A stretch of 64,000 bases of DNA, taken from assembly GCA_963727445.1 (NCBI GenBank), contig CAVSGI010000009.1:544001-608000 (forward strand), given 5' to 3'. The position numbers were made by a program, and so were the translations under genes. The first letter of the stretch is position 1. Every line of letters begins with the position of its first letter. Under the pieces are notes generated by a model. That model saw only the letters and a list, made by a program, of their open reading frames with translations. It was not told the DNA's origin and did not search any database. This stretch comes from an uncultured delta proteobacterium (lineage in GTDB: Bacteria > Myxococcota_A > Polyangia > Polyangiales > B10-G4). Below, piece after piece: positions 49,222 to 60,243 of the stretch.

Positions 49222-49848
49222 ATGCCCATGCTCGAGCTCAGGAACAAGAAGGGGAAGCTTTTCGACCCGAAGACCTTGCTGAAGGTCTCCGGGCTCGGAG
49301 CACTGGGCCTGGTCATCATTCTCTTCTCGACGGACGCGTTCGCCTCCGGCGGGTGGTTGCACATCCTCTACGATGACTGGAACAACGGTTACTACCCGGT
49401 GGACGACTTCGATCCGAGTGGCCTCGGTGGTGGTGAGCCCACCACCAGCGCGGGCGGCGGTGACGAAGGTGGCGACGAGGGCGGCTCGGCCGGCAGCGGT
49501 GACGAGGGCTCGGCAGGCGGCGGCGACGAAGGCGGCTCGGCCGGCGGCGGCGGTGACGAGGGCTCGGCGGGCGGCGGCGGTGACGACGAGGGTTCGGCCG
49601 GCGGCGGCGACGAGGGCTCGGCCGGCGGCGGTGACGAGGGCTCGGCCGGCGGCGGCGGCGACGACGACCACGGTTCGGGCGGCGGCCATGACGACGACCA
49701 CGGCTCGGGCTCTTCGATGGGTCGGTGCGCAGGCGGCAGCAGCACCGGCGGCGATGATGACTGCGGTCACGGCAACGACGACGACGGCTACGACGAAGAC
49801 AACCCCGGCGCGTCCACCGGCACGATGCGCGGCGGCTCGATGAGCTGA
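49222..49848 (+). CDS. Secreted Gly/Asp/Glu-rich low-complexity repeat protein
   Basis: AAGGA ribosome-binding site; signal peptide (AFA-S); about seven GGGDEGSA units; C-terminal CGHGNDDDGYDEDNPG. Confidence 0.75.
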   Translation: MPMLELRNKKGKLFDPKTLLKVSGLGALGLVIILFSTDAFASGGWLHILYDDWNNGYYPVDDFDPSGLGGGEPTTSAGGGDEGGDEGGSAGSGDEGSAGGGDEGGSAGGGGDEGSAGGGGDDEGSAGGGDEGSAGGGDEGSAGGGGDDDHGSGGGHDDDHGSGSSMGRCAGGSSTGGDDDCGHGNDDDGYDEDNPGASTGTMRGGSMS

Positions 49849-49871
49849 GCGCCCATTGACTGCCATGGGCG

Positions 49872-49910
49872 GAGCCCCGAGGACGAACGCGTCCTCGGGG
49901 CTCTTGTCGT
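49872..49910. terminator. Stem-loop between convergent genes
   Basis: 14-bp perfect stem GAGCCCCGAGGACG-AACG-CGTCCTCGGGGCTC. Confidence 0.7.
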
Positions 49911-49917
49911 CTACGCG

Positions 49918-51042
49918 TCAGCCGCGAGGAAGCGGGGGGTGCGACTCGATGAAGGCAACGGCCTCGCCTGGACCGTTGACGAAGCCTACGTGCCCTGCGT
50001 AGTCCTTCCCACGGCTGAGCGCCGCGAGGAGCGATTGCACCGGCTTGTCTTCGCGCCAGTAGCGCTCGCCCAAGAAAACCATCGCGCTCACGACCTCGAA
50101 GGTGCGGTAGTGGTTCTGGGCGGCGTCCATGAACACCTCCTGGATGGTGCCGGCGCTGCCGGGCGCGAAGACCACGCCGTGGGTGGAGATCGCCAAGAGG
50201 CCATCCTCGCGCAGGCTGTTCGAGAAGTACTTGGCGACGTGGGTGGCGAAGAGGTTGGTCGGCTCGTGTCCGTAGAACCAGGTCGGGATGGCGAGGCTCT
50301 CGGCGCCTGCGCCGGGGTGCGCGTCCCGAACGGCGTAGGCGGTGTCGAAGAAGCCGTCGTCGCGGTAGGTCGGTGCGGGGGCGAGGGTGGATAGCGCCCG
50401 CTCCACCTCGGCTTCGCTCGCGCCGGCGAGCCACGCACCGAGGTTCGCCGCCTCCATCGCCCCGGGTCCGCCGCCGGTGGCGACGGAGTAGCCGGCCTCG
50501 GCGAGGCGCTTGCCGATGTGCACCACGTCGCGGAAGGCGGCGTCGGTGCGGGCGAGGGCGTGCCCGCCCATCACGCCCACCACGCGGCGCCCCTCGCCCA
50601 GGAGGTCGGCGAGGGCGTCGTCGATCGCGTGGTCGTGAAGTCGCTGGGCGAGCGCTTCGAGCACCGGGAGCTTGTCGCCGCGCTTTCGGAGCGCCTCGTA
50701 GTGGGCGTAGATCTCGGCGTCGCGAGTTTGCGAGAGAAAGCTCGCGTGATCGCCGCGGACGTAGCCTTCCATCAGCTCGTCCGGGGTGTAGAGCGCGCCG
50801 CGATACATGTCGAAGGGGAGCCCCGGGATGACAGGGAACACCAGACCGCCGTCGCGCGTCACGTGCGCGCGGGCCGCGTCGCTCAGCGTACATCCGAGGA
50901 AGACGGCTCTCTCGCACGAGGCGGAGAGCAGCACGTCTTCATACTGGGAGAGGTCGACGTCTTGAACGACGACGTTCGCGAGGTCGCCCACTTCGGCCAG
51001 ATGCGCCCGCAGGGCCTCGGCCGACTGGACCTCGTGATGCAT
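49918..51042 (-). CDS. LOG family / SLOG nucleotide-binding protein
   Basis: VMGGH, TGGGPGAMEAANLGA, PTWFYGHEP, FSNSLREDGL and PGSAGTIQE. Confidence 0.85.
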   Translation of the reverse strand: MHHEVQSAEALRAHLAEVGDLANVVVQDVDLSQYEDVLLSASCERAVFLGCTLSDAARAHVTRDGGLVFPVIPGLPFDMYRGALYTPDELMEGYVRGDHASFLSQTRDAEIYAHYEALRKRGDKLPVLEALAQRLHDHAIDDALADLLGEGRRVVGVMGGHALARTDAAFRDVVHIGKRLAEAGYSVATGGGPGAMEAANLGAWLAGASEAEVERALSTLAPAPTYRDDGFFDTAYAVRDAHPGAGAESLAIPTWFYGHEPTNLFATHVAKYFSNSLREDGLLAISTHGVVFAPGSAGTIQEVFMDAAQNHYRTFEVVSAMVFLGERYWREDKPVQSLLAALSRGKDYAGHVGFVNGPGEAVAFIESHPPLPRG

Positions 51043-52091
51043 CAGGCGGTGGCGGCCTTCTGGAGCCGCTCTTCGGCGATCATGTCGGCGATGCGGCTGG
51101 TGGGCGCCATGGCACCCTTCGCTCGATCCGCGATCTCGTAGATCGTGTCGTAGATCTTCATGGTCTTGTCGCGCGCCTTCTGCTCGTCGTAACCCAGGAC
51201 CTCCTGGGCCACGTTCACCAGGCCGCCGGCGTTGATGGCGTAGTCCGGGGCGTAGAGGATGCCGCGCTGCATCAGGTCCTCGCCGTGGCGAGGCTCGGCG
51301 AGCTGGTTGTTCGCGGCGCCCGCCACGATCTTGCACTTGAGCTGGGGGATGGTGTCGTCGTTGAGCGCGCTCCCGAGCGCGCACGGTGAAAAGACGTCGC
51401 ACTCGACGCCATAGATGTCGTCGAGCTCGACGATCTCGGCGCCGAACTCGCGCTGGGCGCGCTCGCTCTTGAGCGGATCGACGTCGGCGACGGTGAGCTT
51501 CGCGCCCATCGAGTGGAGCTCTTTGCAGAGGTGATAGCCGACGTGCCCGACGCCCTGCACGGCGACCGCGAGGTTGTCCATGTCGTCGCGGCCGAGCACG
51601 AACTTCACGCAGGCCTCGATGCCGCGGCGCACGCCGAGGGCGGTGAAGGGGCTGGGGTCGCCCGAGCCGCCGCGCTCCGGCTTCACGCCGGTCACGTGCT
51701 TGGTGACGCTTCGGATGATCTCCATGTCCTCGAGGCCGGTGCCGCTGTCCTCGGCCGTGATGTAGATGCCGCCGAGGTCGTCGATGAAGCTGCCGAAGGC
51801 ACGGAAGAGCGCCGCGCGATCGAACTCCTTCTGCGGCTTGATCAGAACCGATTTGCCGCCGCCGTGGGCGATGCCGGTGATGGCCGCCTTGTAGGTCATG
51901 CCGCGCGCGAGACGCAGGGCGTCGACGAGCGCTTCCTGCTCGGTGTCGTAATGGATGAAGCGACATCCACCGAGGGCCGGGCCCAGACGCGAGTCGTGAA
52001 TGGCGACGATGGCCTGAAGTCCCGTCGCCGCATCGCGCTTGAGGTGCACCTGACCGTAGTCGTAGTGCGCCATGTGATCGAACACGCCCAC
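51042..52091 (-). CDS. ldh: Leucine (Leu/Phe/Val) dehydrogenase
   Basis: LGPALGGCR, GMTYK, GGGK, YITAED, GDPSPFTA, VQGVGHVG and GAANNQL. Confidence 0.93.
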   Translation of the reverse strand: MGVFDHMAHYDYGQVHLKRDAATGLQAIVAIHDSRLGPALGGCRFIHYDTEQEALVDALRLARGMTYKAAITGIAHGGGKSVLIKPQKEFDRAALFRAFGSFIDDLGGIYITAEDSGTGLEDMEIIRSVTKHVTGVKPERGGSGDPSPFTALGVRRGIEACVKFVLGRDDMDNLAVAVQGVGHVGYHLCKELHSMGAKLTVADVDPLKSERAQREFGAEIVELDDIYGVECDVFSPCALGSALNDDTIPQLKCKIVAGAANNQLAEPRHGEDLMQRGILYAPDYAINAGGLVNVAQEVLGYDEQKARDKTMKIYDTIYEIADRAKGAMAPTSRIADMIAEERLQKAATA

Positions 52092-52203
52092 CGCGAGCTC
52101 CTTTCAGCTCCCCGTCTTGGGAGGGGCCGAACATTACGGGGCGCCCCGCGTCTGAATCAACCCGAAGCCGTGCGAGGGCTCAACTGATAAGCTGAGCGCC
52201 CGA

Positions 52204-52821
52204 ATGCTGCACCGCGCCATCCCCTTCGTGCTCGTGCTCTCGATGTCCGGCGTGGCGCTCGCCCAGGACGGCGACGGCGCCTACGGGCGCCTCGACCACG
52301 ACATGATGTTCTCGATCGGCCTCGGCGGCGGGGCGGTGGTCGACGGCCCCAGCGACGCCGTGCTCCTGGCGGAGCTCAGGGCGCGGTACCTCGACATGGT
52401 CGGCTTGCTGGTGGCACCGGAGTGGCAGGTCGACGCGATCGGGCGGCTCATCGTGGCGACCGAGATCCGCCCGCTCTGGCCGGTGCGCTTCCTCCTGAAC
52501 GGCTTCTCCGGCAACGAGTGGCTCGACCTCTTGCTCGAGTCCGTGAGCGTCGAGGTGGGCGCCGCGATCCTGCCCCTCACGGACCAGGTCGGCGTGGGGC
52601 TCGCCATCGGCCTCGGCCTCGACGTGCCGATCCTCGTCCCCTCGATCTTCGCCGAAGGCTTGATGCTGCACCTGGGCGCGCGCCACGTCCGGGCGGGCCC
52701 CTCGGACCAGGCGGGGCCTTCGGGGGGCGTCTCCGATTGGACCTTCGCGGCGAGCCTTGTCGTGAAATTCGGGGCCGATCTGGGCATCGCCTCGAGCGAG
52801 CCCCGCCGCTACCGGTACTGA
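52204..52821 (+). CDS. Secreted hypothetical protein, probable beta-barrel
   Basis: Signal peptide (ALA-Q); DGAYGRLD; beta-strand pattern. Confidence 0.6.
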   Translation: MLHRAIPFVLVLSMSGVALAQDGDGAYGRLDHDMMFSIGLGGGAVVDGPSDAVLLAELRARYLDMVGLLVAPEWQVDAIGRLIVATEIRPLWPVRFLLNGFSGNEWLDLLLESVSVEVGAAILPLTDQVGVGLAIGLGLDVPILVPSIFAEGLMLHLGARHVRAGPSDQAGPSGGVSDWTFAASLVVKFGADLGIASSEPRRYRY

Positions 52822-52857
52822 TTAGCCGATCGGCGCCGAGCCAGATATCCTCCCGCC

Positions 52858-54090
<1,233 letters not shown>

Positions 54091-54171
54091 CGCCGCGCCG
54101 ACCGCGCGCCTTCGTCGAAAACTGGACCCTCTCGATCGCCCCCGGCACAAACGAGGGAGAGGGGAGGTCCC

Positions 54172-54588
54172 ATGGGCTCGTTCGTGAAAAAGGCCGACGA
54201 TCGGAAGCAGGCGCGCCGCGCAGTGAAGGCGGAGGTGCAGGTGGTCGAGGAGCAGGAGTTCGTCCTCCTCGCCGATCAGGTCGTCGATCTATCCGTCGAT
54301 GGGATGCTGGTGAAGAGCGATGCGCTGCCCGCCATCGGGACGCCGGTCTTCGTGTCCTTCAAGGCGCCGGGCACCGACGTGTGGATCGATACCGAGGCTA
54401 CCGTCGCGCGCCTGAGCCGCGGCCGTCGGGGACGCGGTGACGTCGCTGGGCTCGGCCTGCGCTTCGGCGCGATGACCCCGGAAAACAGGGCCATCCTCGC
54501 GCGCTCCCTCATCGGCCGGCCGCCGCCCGTCCCCGGCCGGCACTTGCGTCGCGACTACGCGGCCACGATCCGAGTCCTCGGATCCTAG
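54172..54588 (+). CDS. PilZ domain protein
   Basis: RKQAR (RxxxR) and DLSVDG (DxSxxG). Confidence 0.88.
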   Translation: MGSFVKKADDRKQARRAVKAEVQVVEEQEFVLLADQVVDLSVDGMLVKSDALPAIGTPVFVSFKAPGTDVWIDTEATVARLSRGRRGRGDVAGLGLRFGAMTPENRAILARSLIGRPPPVPGRHLRRDYAATIRVLGS

Positions 54589-54638
54589 ACCAAAGTTTTC
54601 TTAGACCCTCGCCCGAGTCCGGCACTACAGTGCCCTCC

Positions 54639-55187
54639 ATGGACGAGTCCCGGAGGGCCATGGCGACCTGGGTCGGCACCCTCGCCCGCGGAGGCGTGAT
54701 CCGAGAGGAACGCGAGGAGGCGGGCGTCGCGGTGGCGGCATTCGTGGTCGGCGAAGATCGGCTCGGCGAGCTCCGCGCCTGGTTCAGCGAGCAGAGCCCG
54801 GAGGTGCGCACCCGCGAACAGCGCGCCGCGGTCGAGGTCTGCATCTGGATGGCCCACGCCGATCGCGAGGTGGTGCACGAAGAGGCCGATCTCTTGCGCG
54901 CGATCGTCATGAGCTGCGAGGTGGACGAGGAGGAGAAGAAGGCGCTCCTCGCGTCGGTCGCAGAGCCGCCGGCGCTCTCGGACATCGCCGAGCGTTTGAC
55001 CCACCCGGCCTTGCGGGAGCTCATGCTCGCGCTCAGCTGGGAGCTCGCCTGTGCTGACGGGCGCATCGACCCCATGGAAGCGGAGCTGCACGCAGGCTTG
55101 TCCAAGCGCCTCGGCGTGGACGTCGAGCGCGCCGCGGAGCTGCGCGCGTCGGTCGAGGAACAGGTCCTTCCCGCCGGACCCGCATGA
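54639..55187 (+). CDS. TerB-family (tellurite resistance-like) protein
   Basis: MAHADREVVHEE and LACADGRIDPME motifs. Confidence 0.75.
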   Translation: MDESRRAMATWVGTLARGGVIREEREEAGVAVAAFVVGEDRLGELRAWFSEQSPEVRTREQRAAVEVCIWMAHADREVVHEEADLLRAIVMSCEVDEEEKKALLASVAEPPALSDIAERLTHPALRELMLALSWELACADGRIDPMEAELHAGLSKRLGVDVERAAELRASVEEQVLPAGPA

Positions 55188-56677
55188 TCGAGGGTGCCGG
55201 AGGGGGAACGGCGGCGCCCGATGCGCGCGAGCCCCAAAAGAGCGACAGGCCAACCATCTCTGCGCGCGAGAGCGGCGCGCCCTGGGATGCGCCACGCTCA
55301 CCACGCTTCGGACTCGGTCTGCGCGCGCAGATCATCCTCGCGCTGAGCTTCGCCTTCGTCGCCAGCTTCACGCTCCTCGGCGTGGCCACCGTACAGATCA
55401 CTTACCGCGACGCGCAGATGACGCGTCAGAGTGCCGCGGAGACGACCGCCCGCGCGGTGGCCGCGTCGCTCGATGCGCTCGGAGAGGAGCGGATCGCGCG
55501 CGCGCCGGAGCTCGCGCGCGACGTCCTTTCCGATCCGGTGATCGCCGGCGTCGAGGTCGCATGGCCGGGGATCGAGGCGCAGGCGTGGGGGGTCATCGCC
55601 AGCGAGCCGGCGGGACGCGCCCCCATGGCGCGCGGCGGCGAGGTGCGTGTCTTCCTTCGTCCGGGGGGCGGCGGCGGCGGGAGCGATCTGCTCCTCTTCT
55701 ACTTCGCCTTCACGGGTGGCGCGATCCTGCTCCTCACCTACGTCGCGCTCACCTATCTGATCGTGAGGCCGCTCTCCAAGCTCACCGCGGCCTCCGAACG
55801 CCTCGCCTCGGGTGGACGTCACGTCGACGTACCCGTGGGAGGCGCGGGGGAGGTGGCGCGCCTCGCGGTGAGCTTCAACCGCATGGCGGCGGAGCTGCGC
55901 AGCGAGCGCCAGGCGCTCGAGGACCGCCTCGCCGAGCTCGAGCAAACCACCGCCGACCTCGAGACCGCGCAGGATCAGGTGGTCCGAGGCGAGCGTCTGG
56001 CTTCCGTCGGCCGGCTCTCCGCCGGGGTCGCCCACGAGATCGGCAATCCGCTCTCGGCGATCCTCGGCATGGTCGAGCTGGCGCGCGATCCCGACGTCGA
56101 GGAGGGCGATCGCGCGGAGTTCCTCGCGCGGATCCAGCACGAGACGGAGCGCATCAATCGCATCATTCGCGACCTCCTCGACTTCTCGCGGCGCGGGAGC
56201 GACGACGCGATGATGGGACAGAGCGCGAGCCTCGCGGACGTCGTCGCGGACGCCGCGAGCCTGGTCGCCCCTCAAAAAGACCTCCGGCAGATCACCATCG
56301 AGCGGCGTGTGGCCGAGGCGCTCCCGCGGGTCGCGGGCCCGGCGGACCACCTCACACAGATCGTGCTCAATCTGCTCCTGAACGCCGCCGACGCCATCGA
56401 CGGAGAGGGGTCGATCCTCATCGAAGTGGCGGCGCACCCCGACGCCGAGGATCGCGTGCGGTTGAGCGTCACGGATACGGGCACGGGCATCGATCCCGTG
56501 CTCTTGCCGAACATCTTCGAGCCCTTCGTCACCAGCAAGAAGTCCGGCGAGGGCACTGGCCTCGGGCTGGCGGTGACCCACGCATTGGTGGAGCGCATCG
56601 GCGGCACCATCCTCGCCGAAAACGACACGCGCGGCGGGGCGCGCTTCGTGATCGACCTGCCCATCGCGCCGGAGTGA
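55184..56677 (+). CDS. HAMP-domain sensor histidine kinase
   Basis: Two TM helices; HAMP; AHEIGNPL; NLLLNA; DTGTG; FEPF; GTGLGL. Confidence 0.92.
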   Translation: MIEGAGGGTAAPDAREPQKSDRPTISARESGAPWDAPRSPRFGLGLRAQIILALSFAFVASFTLLGVATVQITYRDAQMTRQSAAETTARAVAASLDALGEERIARAPELARDVLSDPVIAGVEVAWPGIEAQAWGVIASEPAGRAPMARGGEVRVFLRPGGGGGGSDLLLFYFAFTGGAILLLTYVALTYLIVRPLSKLTAASERLASGGRHVDVPVGGAGEVARLAVSFNRMAAELRSERQALEDRLAELEQTTADLETAQDQVVRGERLASVGRLSAGVAHEIGNPLSAILGMVELARDPDVEEGDRAEFLARIQHETERINRIIRDLLDFSRRGSDDAMMGQSASLADVVADAASLVAPQKDLRQITIERRVAEALPRVAGPADHLTQIVLNLLLNAADAIDGEGSILIEVAAHPDAEDRVRLSVTDTGTGIDPVLLPNIFEPFVTSKKSGEGTGLGLAVTHALVERIGGTILAENDTRGGARFVIDLPIAPE

Positions 56678-56680
56678 CGC

Positions 56681-57865
56681 TTGCGCCGCGCGAGCACCAT
56701 CATCGCCTTCGCCGTCCTTCTCTCGCTGGCGCCCACCATCGCTCGGGCGCAGCCTCGGATCCGGCTCTACACCTTCGGTCCTGGTGACTCGGTCCCGGAG
56801 CGCTTCGGCCATAGCGCGCTGCGCGTCACCGACGGAGACGAGGACATCCTCTACAACCTCGGCCATCCCCAACAGGACCCTGGCGGGGTCGGCTTCTACG
56901 TCGCGCTCGCGCAGGGGCGCACCCCCTTCGTCGGGACCGCGCGAGAGGCCGAAGCCGCCATCGCCCGATACCGTGACGTCGATCGCACGATTCGCTACCA
57001 GACCCTCGTGCTCTCACCGGAGCGCGCGCGCTGGCTCGCGGGTTGGCTTCGCCACGAGGTCGGCGGCGGTCTCTTCCACTACGACTACGACTACCTTCGC
57101 GACAACTGCACCACCGAGATCCGCGATCTCCTCGACGAGGCGACCGACGGCGCACTCCGGCGCACGGCGGAGCGCGCGCCACCGGGGCCGACCTATCGCC
57201 AGCTGACCTCCGACGGGTTCCGCGGAGACTTCCCCACGCTCCTCGGAAGCGATCTCCTCACCGGCCCGGCCAACGACGTCCCCATCACGCGCTGGCAGGA
57301 GCTCTTTCTGCCGGCGCCGCTCCACGACACGGTCGCCGACGTTCCCGACTTCGTCTCGGCTTCGGAGGTGGTCTACGCGCGCCGCGGTCCGCCGGTGCAT
57401 CGCGGCAGCCCGTACGTCGCGCGCATCGCGATCTTCGTTCTCTCACTGAGCCTCTTCCTGCTCCTGGTGGGGGCGCGGCGTTATCCGCGACTCACCCGCG
57501 GCGCCGGCGTCGTGCTCTTTCACGTCGCACCGATGATCGCCATGACCGGGCTCGGCGTCTGGTTCTTGATGGCCACTTCGACCCTCGTCGACCTGACCTG
57601 GAACGAAAACGCGATCGTGATGTGGCCGACGGACCTGTTGCTCCTCGTCCCTGCCGTCTCTTGGATCCGAAAGCGCGAGCCCCCTCGGCGCTTCTTCCGA
57701 GCGTATCTCTCGCTGCGCCTCTTCGGCATCGCGTGCCTGATCGGGGCGAAGCTCGCGGGCCTTGCGATTCAGGACAACGCGAGCTTCATCGCGTCGACGG
57801 TCCTCGTCCTCACCGGCGTGCTCGTGCGCCTGTCGCCAATGCTTCAGAAGCGCGTAGCGACGTAG
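56681..57865 (+). CDS. DUF4105 / Lnb-like protein (NlpC/P60-like domain plus C-terminal TM helices)
   Basis: FGHSALRV and YDYDYLRDNCTT; four to five C-terminal TM helices. Confidence 0.75.
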   Translation: MRRASTIIAFAVLLSLAPTIARAQPRIRLYTFGPGDSVPERFGHSALRVTDGDEDILYNLGHPQQDPGGVGFYVALAQGRTPFVGTAREAEAAIARYRDVDRTIRYQTLVLSPERARWLAGWLRHEVGGGLFHYDYDYLRDNCTTEIRDLLDEATDGALRRTAERAPPGPTYRQLTSDGFRGDFPTLLGSDLLTGPANDVPITRWQELFLPAPLHDTVADVPDFVSASEVVYARRGPPVHRGSPYVARIAIFVLSLSLFLLLVGARRYPRLTRGAGVVLFHVAPMIAMTGLGVWFLMATSTLVDLTWNENAIVMWPTDLLLLVPAVSWIRKREPPRRFFRAYLSLRLFGIACLIGAKLAGLAIQDNASFIASTVLVLTGVLVRLSPMLQKRVAT

Positions 57866-58731
57866 AGATCGATCACCGGGCCGCCGGATTGGCGACGCAC
57901 CAGGAAGAACGCCCCCTCGAAGGCGAGGCCCACGTACCAGTGTGGGACCACCTGCCAGTCGGTCTCGACGGCGAAGCCCACGTAGGTGGTGCCGTTGCCC
58001 TGACCGCTGGGGCTGAGCGCACGGGGCGCGCTGCCGTTGCCGATGGAGTGAAAGCCGGTGAGACGCCCGCGAATGCCGAAGCCCGAGGCGGTAGTCACGC
58101 CGCCCTCGGCCGTCCAGAGCAGGACGTGGTCGTAGCTCTCGCTGCGGATCATGTATCCGCCGCTCCCCGCCAGATAGAAGCCGGAGTCGAAGCCGTAGCC
58201 GATCGAGAGCTCGAGGGGAAAGTCCCACGAGCCGGTGCCTACCCGGAGCCGGCCGATCTCCGCGTGCGGCGGCTCGGTGCTGTAGACCGGCTGCACTTCG
58301 GCGCCACTCGCCAGAGGCGCGCGCACCATGGCTTGAAACGCCATACGGAAGCGATCGATCTTCAGAAAGCGCAGGCGAAGACCCGCGGCCGGATCGCCCG
58401 GCGCCACGTGGGCGTGGAGCTGATCCGCGCGTTGATCGCGCAGGTAGAAGGTGCGCATCAGATCGGTCTGCCACACCACGGCGAGCCCGATCTCGTCTTC
58501 CTGGATCAGGCCGACCTCGCCGTAGGTGGCGAGGAAGAGCTCGTTGTAGCCGCCGAAGTCGAAGCGGAAGCCGTCGCCGTCCGCGAAGCCGAAGCCGTAG
58601 AGCCACTTGAGCCAGAGCTTGGCGTAGCCCTCGCCGGGCGCGGGGACCCAGGGGCCCGCGGCAGCCGAGTCCGGCGTCAGCAGAAGCGTGGCGGCGATCA
58701 CGGCGATCGCGAGGGTGGAACGCTTCGGCAC
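57844..58731 (-). CDS. Putative outer membrane beta-barrel protein
   Basis: Signal peptide; GPWVPAPGEGY; aromatic-rich strands; terminal Phe. Confidence 0.65.
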   Translation of the reverse strand: MPKRSTLAIAVIAATLLLTPDSAAAGPWVPAPGEGYAKLWLKWLYGFGFADGDGFRFDFGGYNELFLATYGEVGLIQEDEIGLAVVWQTDLMRTFYLRDQRADQLHAHVAPGDPAAGLRLRFLKIDRFRMAFQAMVRAPLASGAEVQPVYSTEPPHAEIGRLRVGTGSWDFPLELSIGYGFDSGFYLAGSGGYMIRSESYDHVLLWTAEGGVTTASGFGIRGRLTGFHSIGNGSAPRALSPSGQGNGTTYVGFAVETDWQVVPHWYVGLAFEGAFFLVRRQSGGPVIDLYVATRF

Positions 58732-58820
58732 CGGCGGAGGCTACGATGGACGGGCGCTTCTGTGGGCAGCGAGTGCGGGCGCGCCGGGAACCTGGGCGAC
58801 GCATGGGTGTCGGACAGGGG

Positions 58821-60104
58821 ATGGCGAAGCACGGCGTCGAGGTGATCCTTCGCTGGGAGGGCGAAATCCTGGTTTGGGAGCACACGGTCACTCCTGGGTC
58901 GCCTCTCGCAGGGGCAGTGGCCCTGCCGGAGCTTCCCGAGGACGGATCGTGGGTGTTGCGCAAGGAAGGCGCGCTGCTCCTCCGCGCCCGGCGCGCGCCA
59001 CTCCCCCGATATCGGGACCCGGGCGGGAAGCTCGACCGCGGTCTCGCCTGGTCGATGACCGCCGCGATGACCCTCGGGATCGCATTTCTCCTCCTGGTCG
59101 GCTTCGCCCCGCCGGCGGGGGCGACGATCGCGCTCGGGCCCCTCACCCAGAGCTCCCGACTCCTCGCGTACGTGCGGGCCCCGAGGGCGGAGCGCGTGGT
59201 TCTCCGCGACCCGCTCGACAGGTGGGGAAGTGGACCCATCACCGACGACCAGGGACGCCCCATGGAAGAGGAAGCAGGGGTCTCGGGCGCCACCGACGGC
59301 CCGCAATCGCGACGCGGACGGATCCGATTTCGCGGTGACGACGAGGTCGTTCGACGCATTCCGAGAGAGGTGCCCAATCCGCGCCAGGTGGGGATCCTCG
59401 GTGTGCTCGCCTCTTTCGATGCGGAGCGTCGCGCGGGAGCCCTCGCTGGTGAGGTCGACGCGACGGGATGGACGCGCGACGAAGCCTTCGGCCGTCCGCT
59501 GGCCCAGCTCGTCGGGCTCGGCCATGGCGCCGACGGCTTCGACATGGTGGGCACGGGTCGCGGTGGATGCTGGCCGGGCGAAGAGGGGTGCGGCGAAGGA
59601 ACCGTGGGCCTCGGTCGTGGGCTGGGCTTCGGGGGCATCGGTCGCGGAACGACCTGCAACGAAGTCGATTGTGTGGTGGGTACTTTTGGCAGTGGCGTGG
59701 CGGGCGGTTTCATCCCCTTGGGTGGTCGCGCGGAAGGGACGCGCCGCCATCGCACACGGGGGTCCCGCGTGCCCGACGCGATGCGGCGCCTCACCGTCGC
59801 GCACGACGAAGGCCTCTCACGCGAGCAGGTGCGCCGCGCGCTCGCGGGTCACCGCGACGCCATCCGTCATTGCTACGCACGCGCCGAGGCGGCAGCGGGC
59901 GGGGAGACGGGCGCGGTGGAGATCGGCCTCGCGATCGCGCCCGATGGCCACGTGCTCTCGAGCGGTGTGGTCACGGATACTCTGGCCGACGACGCAGTCG
60001 CGTCGTGCATCGCCTCCGTGCTGTCACGCGCGCGTTTCCCCCAGGCCCCGGCCTCCACCGTCGCGAGCGTTCCCTTCGGGCTGGGCGTCTTCGGCGGCAG
60101 CTGA
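58821..60104 (+). CDS. GltG/PglI-like AgmX-PglI C-terminal domain protein (divergent)
   Basis: VEVILRWEG; TM helix; Gly-rich linker; GLSREQVRR..IRHCY..VASCI..RFP..VPF. Confidence 0.72.
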   Translation: MAKHGVEVILRWEGEILVWEHTVTPGSPLAGAVALPELPEDGSWVLRKEGALLLRARRAPLPRYRDPGGKLDRGLAWSMTAAMTLGIAFLLLVGFAPPAGATIALGPLTQSSRLLAYVRAPRAERVVLRDPLDRWGSGPITDDQGRPMEEEAGVSGATDGPQSRRGRIRFRGDDEVVRRIPREVPNPRQVGILGVLASFDAERRAGALAGEVDATGWTRDEAFGRPLAQLVGLGHGADGFDMVGTGRGGCWPGEEGCGEGTVGLGRGLGFGGIGRGTTCNEVDCVVGTFGSGVAGGFIPLGGRAEGTRRHRTRGSRVPDAMRRLTVAHDEGLSREQVRRALAGHRDAIRHCYARAEAAAGGETGAVEIGLAIAPDGHVLSSGVVTDTLADDAVASCIASVLSRARFPQAPASTVASVPFGLGVFGGS

Positions 60105-60243
60105 TCCACCCGCGCCGGGGAGTGGCCGCTCCATCGGCCGCCAGTGACCAGAGATCCACTCGCTCCTGGCGGGCTCGCATTCACAATCGACTGTGATCTC
60201 CACGCGGGGGTCGCGGCATGAAAAGTGCTCGACGCGCCAGCTC

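Noticed and set aside
54639..55187. Tellurite-resistance or anti-phage ter operon
   Set aside because: Lone TerB-like gene with no other ter genes nearby
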